Source: Desulfatiglandales bacterium
GTDB lineage: Bacteria > Desulfobacterota > DSM-4660 > Desulfatiglandales > Desulfatiglandaceae
DNA length: 64,000 nt
NCBI GenBank assembly: GCA_963662465.1
Contig: OY759599.1
Location: forward strand, 736,001 to 800,000
Reading direction: 5' to 3'
A program made the translations under genes and the position numbers. This document shows, piece after piece, positions 58,478 to 64,000 of this stretch. The stretch's first letter is position 1; each line of letters opens with the position of its first letter. Under the pieces are notes generated by a model that ran no database searches, was not told the DNA's origin, and saw nothing but the letters and a program-made list of their open reading frames with translations.

Positions 58478-58602
58478 AGTGTTCTCCGTTCCATAATGTC
58501 TGCAATATTTATGCTTTCCGTAAACTACAGTTTACGCAAAAATCTTTGAAAATGTCAAATGGACAAAACACTTACCTTCCGTCGTTTTTCAAGAAGTTTT
58601 GC

Positions 58603-58644
58603 TTGTAAACAATTCTGATAAGTAATAATGTTTTACTATCAGAA
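58603..58644 (+). promoter_or_regulatory. Putative promoter with overlapping inverted-repeat operator of the TA operon
   Basis: TTGTAA-17 nt-TAATGT; TTCTGATA(A)GTAA ... TTACTATCAGAA inverted repeat at 58613-58644. Confidence 0.55.
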
Positions 58645-58665
58645 AATAAAATGAGGTGCAAATGA

Positions 58666-58911
58666 ATGGAAATAAGAAAAGTCTCAATAAAATCACAGGT
58701 AACTTTGCCCAAAGAATTTGCAGGGAAACTGGTTTCAATTGAAAACCTTTCTGAAGGGGTTATTCAGATTAAAATGGGCGAATTCATTCCCCATTCCGAG
58801 AGAATGTTTCACACGGAAGAATACAGAAAACGCCTGGAAAAGTTTGACCGATGGATGGATCAACACGAGCCTGAAGAATCAAATTTGGAAGACCTATCGG
58901 GAGACAGATGA
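58666..58911 (+). CDS. AbrB-like putative antitoxin
   Basis: RKVSIKSQVTLPKEF swapped-hairpin start, GEFIPHSER, acidic tail; GAGGT RBS. Confidence 0.65.
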   Translation: MEIRKVSIKSQVTLPKEFAGKLVSIENLSEGVIQIKMGEFIPHSERMFHTEEYRKRLEKFDRWMDQHEPEESNLEDLSGDR

Positions 58912-58912
58912 A

Positions 58913-59215
58913 ATGAAGGTTCGCCTTGATTTAAACAACCCCGATTTTCAAAAAGAATGGTTTTCTTTGCAAAAAGAAGAGTTTGCAATCTCAAGGAATA
59001 CGTTGAAAAAGATCGTTATGATGGATTGGCATCAGGTCTATCATGATAGGGGCCTGAAATGGGAAAAGATTCAGTCCATAAAAACAGATAAAGGAAGGGA
59101 ACTCTATACCATCCGCCTGAGCAGAAAACGCCGAGCCGTGGTATGCCGGAAAAATGATTTTATGATCTTTGTTTCACTTCATCCGGATCATGATTCCGCC
59201 TACAAGATGGCATAA
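58913..59215 (+). CDS. RelE/ParE-like putative toxin
   Basis: 100 aa basic protein, LDLNNPDFQ...GLKWEKI...LYTIRLSRKRRAV...HPDHDSAY; 1 nt after the antitoxin stop. Confidence 0.65.
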   Translation: MKVRLDLNNPDFQKEWFSLQKEEFAISRNTLKKIVMMDWHQVYHDRGLKWEKIQSIKTDKGRELYTIRLSRKRRAVVCRKNDFMIFVSLHPDHDSAYKMA

Positions 59216-59223
59216 AGGCCCTC

Positions 59224-60321
59224 TCAATCACTATCCGCAAGTTCCTTAGCAACCGCTTTGATGGTTTCCTCAATTTCCAGAAATGCATCCACCACATCCG
59301 GGTCGAAATGAGTGCCGCGCCCTTCGCTGATAATGGCCACGGCCTTTTCATGGGTGAACGGGGGTTTATAAACCCGTTTGCAGATGAGGGCGTCATACAC
59401 GTCCGCCACCGCCATGATCCGCCCGGAAAGGGGAATTTCCTCTCCTTTCAACCCTTGTGGATACCCGGAACCGTCCCATTTTTCCTGGTGGGTACGGGCG
59501 ATGTCCCTGGCGTGGGAGAGAAAGGAGGGCCGGATTTCCGCATCAAACAATTCCTCCGCCTTCAGAAGGGCCTGGTATCCCAACTCACAGTGGGTCTTCA
59601 TGGTGGCGAATTCTTCATCGGTGAGCTTGCCCGGCTTGTGCAAAACGGCATCGGGAACACCCACCTTGCCGATGTCGTGCAATGGCGCGGACTTGTAGAG
59701 CAGCTCCACTGTCTTTTTGTCCAGAACCTGCCCATGCTTTGGATGGTCCGCCATTTTTTGGGCCAGAGCCTGCACGTAACGCTGGGTTCGCAGGATATGC
59801 CCGCCGGTTTCATTGTCCCGGGTCTCCGCAAGGGATGCAAGGCTGTGAATGGTGATATCCTGGGTGACCGCCAGGTCCCGGGTACGCTCCGCCACTTTGA
59901 TTTCCAGAATTTCGTTCTGCATCTCCAGTTCACGGCCGGCCAGAACCAGGGAGAGGTGGGTCTTCACCCGGGCCTGCACCTCGGTAATTTCAAAGGGTTT
60001 GGTGATGTAATCGACGGCGCCCATCTGAAACCCCCTGGTCTTGTTTTCGATTTCCGTCAGCGCCGTCAGAAAGATGATGGGGATTTTGGCATAGCGTTCA
60101 TCTGCTTTTAGCGTTTGGCAGACTTCATAGCCGTCCATCTCCGGCATCATGATATCCAGCAGAATCAAATCCGGCGGTTCTTCCGCCACGGTCTCAACGG
60201 CTTCCCGGCCGTCCATGGCCACCGAGACATCATAGAGTTCGCCCAGGGCATCCACCAGAATATCCACATTGGCTTCCGTATCGTCCACCACCAGCACGGT
60301 GCAATCCGACAATTCTTTCAT
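59224..60321 (-). CDS. Response regulator with HD-GYP phosphodiesterase domain (RpfG family)
   Basis: REC domain; ETGGHILR, PLHDIGKVG, HQEKWDGSGYP and ADVYDAL. Confidence 0.92.
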   Translation of the reverse strand: MKELSDCTVLVVDDTEANVDILVDALGELYDVSVAMDGREAVETVAEEPPDLILLDIMMPEMDGYEVCQTLKADERYAKIPIIFLTALTEIENKTRGFQMGAVDYITKPFEITEVQARVKTHLSLVLAGRELEMQNEILEIKVAERTRDLAVTQDITIHSLASLAETRDNETGGHILRTQRYVQALAQKMADHPKHGQVLDKKTVELLYKSAPLHDIGKVGVPDAVLHKPGKLTDEEFATMKTHCELGYQALLKAEELFDAEIRPSFLSHARDIARTHQEKWDGSGYPQGLKGEEIPLSGRIMAVADVYDALICKRVYKPPFTHEKAVAIISEGRGTHFDPDVVDAFLEIEETIKAVAKELADSD

Positions 60322-60395
60322 TGAACTTCACCTGTCCTTTCACTTTATTTTTCAAGTCGGCCGTCAGAAGCAAAGCCTCTTAAAAGCCGGAACCA

Positions 60396-61556
60396 TCAGG
60401 CAGAGGCAAAAACCTGAATGGTTTCCTCGCGAAACTCCGTTTTAGAGGAGTTATGAAGGATTTCAAAAAGAAACGGGTTGATTTTGGTACCCGCCTCTAT
60501 CAGCCGTATGCCATTGCTCGTGAAGACATCCGCGGCAATCACCATCCCAACGGTCAGGTCTTTTGGATAAAGTTTTCTGACAGCCATGTGGGCAGGTTCC
60601 GGTTCGCTCTCAACAATCCGGGAAAACATTTCCACCAGTTTGGGGCCGTACTCTTTTTCACCGGTTTTCAGCTCGGCCATTGCCGCGGATGGGGTTTTTC
60701 CGCTGTAGGTCAACTTCTCATACTCCAGAACCAGCTTTAGAATCCGACTTCCAATGTGAATCATGCGCTGTGCCTGATCATCCCCCTGGAACCCGGTTTC
60801 TTTTTGGAGTTCCTGCTGGCGTGCGATGATCTCTGCCACCTCTGTTAACCTTGGGATTTTGCGAATCAGTTCATACCCTATCTGAGGGTGCCGATTGTAG
60901 GTTTCCTTCTCCTCCACCAAAACCTTCTCTCCCCGGAAAATTTTCTCGATGGTTTCAGGCGGTACGATAACACAACCGATCTGGCTCAACATGGCGGCCA
61001 TTCGAATCTGCCAGAAGTCCGTTAGTTTGAAGGCTGCCATCACCTTGCTGACATGGCGTTTCAGCCGGGATGTTCGGCTGAATGCCGTGGGATTGGCAAC
61101 GGAAAGAATTTCCGTGAGAACCTCGATGGCGCCCCCCAGCGTTTTTACCACCAGATCGCGAAGTTCAAGCTCCGCCAGGCGCAGTTTCAGGTGGGTTTTT
61201 ACACGGGCGTTGACTTCCGCAATTTCAAAGGGCTTGGTGATATAATCCACCGCTCCTAACTGGAAACCCTTGGTCTTGTTGCTAATTTCCGTTAGAGCTG
61301 TCAGAAAAATGATGGGGATGTTGGCGTAGCGTTCATTGCCCTTTAATCTTTGGCACACCTCATACCCATCCATTTCGGGCATCATGATGTCCAATAAAAT
61401 CAGGTCCGGTGGTTCTTCCGCCACGGCTTCAAGGGCCGCCACGCCATCCATGGCCACCGACACATCATACAGCTCCCCCAGTGCATCCACCAGGATGTCC
61501 ACATTGGCTTCCGTATCGTCCACCACGAGTACGGTGCAATCCGATAGTTCCTTCAT
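60396..61556 (-). CDS. Response regulator with degenerate HD-like output domain
   Basis: REC nearly identical to the neighbour's; MLSQIG replaces HDIG; no GYP motif. Confidence 0.85.
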   Translation of the reverse strand: MKELSDCTVLVVDDTEANVDILVDALGELYDVSVAMDGVAALEAVAEEPPDLILLDIMMPEMDGYEVCQRLKGNERYANIPIIFLTALTEISNKTKGFQLGAVDYITKPFEIAEVNARVKTHLKLRLAELELRDLVVKTLGGAIEVLTEILSVANPTAFSRTSRLKRHVSKVMAAFKLTDFWQIRMAAMLSQIGCVIVPPETIEKIFRGEKVLVEEKETYNRHPQIGYELIRKIPRLTEVAEIIARQQELQKETGFQGDDQAQRMIHIGSRILKLVLEYEKLTYSGKTPSAAMAELKTGEKEYGPKLVEMFSRIVESEPEPAHMAVRKLYPKDLTVGMVIAADVFTSNGIRLIEAGTKINPFLFEILHNSSKTEFREETIQVFASA

Positions 61557-61565
61557 TAGACTCAC

Positions 61566-64000
61566 CTATCCTTTCAGTTTGTTTTGCAGGTCTTCCAGAA
61601 GGGGTAAAGCCTCCTTGAATTTGTATTTATTGATCAACCGCTCCAGATCGGCCATTTCAATGCTCACGGCCGCCGGCCAGGGAGCCTTCTTCAACTCCGC
61701 CATGGCTTCCTTGCAGGGTTTCGGTTTTCGAGTTTTTAAATGGGGGATCATTTCTTCCAGTGCGGCCAAAAAAATTTTCGGATCAGCTTCTTCCGCACCA
61801 GTTTTGACGATTTCAACCTGTTTCGGTTCATCCCCCAGGATTCCCAGAGCCTCTACAACATCTCTTAGGACACCGCCAAAATTGGAAATCTTCTCTTCAT
61901 AGGTTTCCCGCTCTCCCTGTTTGATGGCGGACTCCAAAGCCGCACCGGCGTCCTGAAGGGGGCCCGCCCCCACGTTACCGGCCACCCCTTTGATGCTGTG
62001 GGCCAGACGTTCCGCCTCATCGGCCTTTTCCGATTGCAACAGGCCCCTTATTTCCTCATCCGTCTTGGCGTAATCGTCGCGAAGTTTCATAAGGATGTTG
62101 CGATAGAGTTTCTCATTACCCCCCACGCGCATAAGCCCTTCTTCCACATTAATTCCCTCAATGGATTGGGGAAGTTGATCCTTGGGTGGTGCAGGAGGGG
62201 CTGATGGGGCAGGTGCTGTTTCGAGGGGTTCTACCCTATCCGATTTGGGTTCAAATCCCCTCACCCCCGGCTGTATCCACTGGCCCAGGCAGGAGAAAAG
62301 CTGTTTTACGTCAATGGGTTTGGCCACATGGTCGTTCATGCCGGCTTCAATTGCTTTTTCCTTGTCACCGGCCATGGCGTTGGCGGTCATGGCGATGATG
62401 GGCATGTCGTCAAAACGCTTATCTTTGCGGATTTCGAGGGAGGCCGTGTATCCATCCATCACCGGCATCTGGATGTCCATGAGCACGGCCTGGTAATTGC
62501 CCGTCTGCACCGCATCCACCGCCTGCCGGCCATCTCCCACTGTGGTGACCTTAAGACCCGCCCCCCCCAGAATCTCCTGGGCCACCTGTTGATTGATCTC
62601 GTTGTCTTCCACCAGGAGCACCTGAGCGCCCTTGATATGATCCACCCCTTCGGGGTCAACACCCGGTCCCCGCCGTTTTTGTCCGGATCCGCTGCCTTTA
62701 CCAAAGGCGGCCATGGCGGCATCCAACAGCATTGAAGGGGCTACCGGTTTGATCAGAAACCCATCCAGACCGATCCGGTCCGCCTGGTTCATGATCTCTT
62801 CACGACCGTAGGCGGTCACCAGAATGATTTTGGGTATCTTGTTGAGGTCAGGATGATTCTTTATTTTTTCGGAAGCCGTTAGCCCATCCATACCCGGCAT
62901 CTGCCAATCCATGAAGATGAGATCAAAGGGATTGTCCGGGTCCGCCTTTTCCACCTCCGCCAGTCCTTTTAGTCCATCCGTGGCCAGGGTCACCTCAAAA
63001 GACATGGAGGTAAGCATATCTTCCAGTATTTCACGGCTGGTATCGTTATCGTCCACCACCAGCACCTTGAGGTTTTTGAGATCGGGGTCAGGCTGTAGTA
63101 TTCTCTCTTTTTGAGCCTCACCAATACCTAAAACCGCCGTAAAGATAAATTCACTGCCCACCCCCGGTTCGCTCTCCACCCAGATCTCGCCGCCCATCAT
63201 CTCCACCAGCCGCTTGCTGATGGTCAACCCCAGGCCGGTTCCACCGTATTTTCGGGTGGTGGAGGCATCCGCCTGACTGAAGGCCTGAAAGAGTTTTCCC
63301 CGCTGTTCTTCGGTAAGCCCGATGCCCGTATCCCGAACCCCGAACCGCACCTTTACATGATCTGAGGGCACCTGATCATCCATCGTCTCCATCACTGCGG
63401 CTGAAATGACAATTTCACCGGTTTCCGTAAACTTCACGGCATTATTGGATAGATTCACCAGGACCTGGCTCAGGCGCAGGGGGTCTCCCTGAAGGTCATT
63501 GGGCAGTTCCGGATCCACTTTCATCAGCAGCTCCAACCCTTTTTCCTGGGACTTGACACTCACCAGAGTGGACACACTGTCCAGGGTCTTGTCCAGGCTG
63601 AAATCGATGATCTCCATGTCCATCTTACCGGCCTCGATCTTGCTGAAATCGAGGATGTCGTTGATGATGCCGAGAAGCGCCTGAGCACTGGAGTGGATTT
63701 TAACCAGATAATCGACCTGCTTGGGATCCAGATCGGTCTTTAGCGCCAAGTGACTCATGCCCATAATGGCGTTCATGGGGGTACGGATCTCGTGGCTCAT
63801 GTTGGCCAGGAAATCACTCTTGGCCTTGGTGGCTTCCTCGGCTTTCTGCTTTTCCTCATCCAGGTCCTGCATCATGTTGAGCATGGCGCGCCTGGCTTCG
63901 GCCAACTCCTCAAGCTGCTCCTGAAGCGCCTCGGAAGCCTCTTCGGCGGAATCCCTGGCCGCCTCGATCTCCTCGGTGGAATTTTTCAAGGCTTCATTTT
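61566..64000 (-). CDS. Hybrid histidine kinase (HisKA-HATPase-REC-REC-Hpt), 5' end outside the window
   Basis: [32 protein letters not shown], two receivers and [13 protein letters not shown]pt; frame stays open to position 64000. Confidence 0.93.
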   Translation of the reverse strand, partial: NEALKNSTEEIEAARDSAEEASEALQEQLEELAEARRAMLNMMQDLDEEKQKAEEATKAKSDFLANMSHEIRTPMNAIMGMSHLALKTDLDPKQVDYLVKIHSSAQALLGIINDILDFSKIEAGKMDMEIIDFSLDKTLDSVSTLVSVKSQEKGLELLMKVDPELPNDLQGDPLRLSQVLVNLSNNAVKFTETGEIVISAAVMETMDDQVPSDHVKVRFGVRDTGIGLTEEQRGKLFQAFSQADASTTRKYGGTGLGLTISKRLVEMMGGEIWVESEPGVGSEFIFTAVLGIGEAQKERILQPDPDLKNLKVLVVDDNDTSREILEDMLTSMSFEVTLATDGLKGLAEVEKADPDNPFDLIFMDWQMPGMDGLTASEKIKNHPDLNKIPKIILVTAYGREEIMNQADRIGLDGFLIKPVAPSMLLDAAMAAFGKGSGSGQKRRGPGVDPEGVDHIKGAQVLLVEDNEINQQVAQEILGGAGLKVTTVGDGRQAVDAVQTGNYQAVLMDIQMPVMDGYTASLEIRKDKRFDDMPIIAMTANAMAGDKEKAIEAGMNDHVAKPIDVKQLFSCLGQWIQPGVRGFEPKSDRVEPLETAPAPSAPPAPPKDQLPQSIEGINVEEGLMRVGGNEKLYRNILMKLRDDYAKTDEEIRGLLQSEKADEAERLAHSIKGVAGNVGAGPLQDAGAALESAIKQGERETYEEKISNFGGVLRDVVEALGILGDEPKQVEIVKTGAEEADPKIFLAALEEMIPHLKTRKPKPCKEAMAELKKAPWPAAVSIEMADLERLINKYKFKEALPLLEDLQNKLKG

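Noticed and set aside
1..64000. CRISPR arrays, tRNA/rRNA genes, integrase, selenocysteine read-through
   Set aside because: No regularly spaced repeats, RNA gene signatures, recombinase ORF or in-frame TGA at a conserved Cys position noticed by eye

Overview
Bacterial chromosomal segment, roughly 50-55% GC by eye, with a gene repertoire typical of Desulfobacterota/Deltaproteobacteria (inference). Housekeeping blocks: a partial Npt/TLC-type nucleotide transporter-HEAT fusion missing from the ORF track, rhodanese, a Ktr/Trk K+ uptake operon, USP, an SBP plus hybrid kinase, an Mla/Pqi-type ABC operon, MFS, metallophosphoesterase, acyl-CoA synthetase, TolC, SMUG1, ferredoxin, nifU-nifS-cysE, an SLC13 permease, asparaginase and an HK/HD-GYP signalling cluster. 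Accessory DNA is interleaved. The main accessory feature is a complete BREX-like operon (39.1-54.7 kb), brxE-brxA-brxB-brxC-pglX-pglZ-brxL, which mixes type 6 (brxE) and type 1 (brxL) hallmarks. It carries a DUF4926/REP/MNT-HEPN insert between brxC and pglX and an apparently exchanged PglX target-recognition region. Also present: a tandem pair of AAA-ATPase/PD-(D/E)XK genes about 98% identical except for one 41-aa swapped cassette, a 155-bp MITE-like element (8-bp TSD) carrying a GTAG REP doublet, a chimeric scar of TA, RAYT and HsdM fragments, and about seven intact or decayed toxin-antitoxin-like modules. No rRNA, tRNA or CRISPR array was seen. All family assignments are by motif recognition, not database search.
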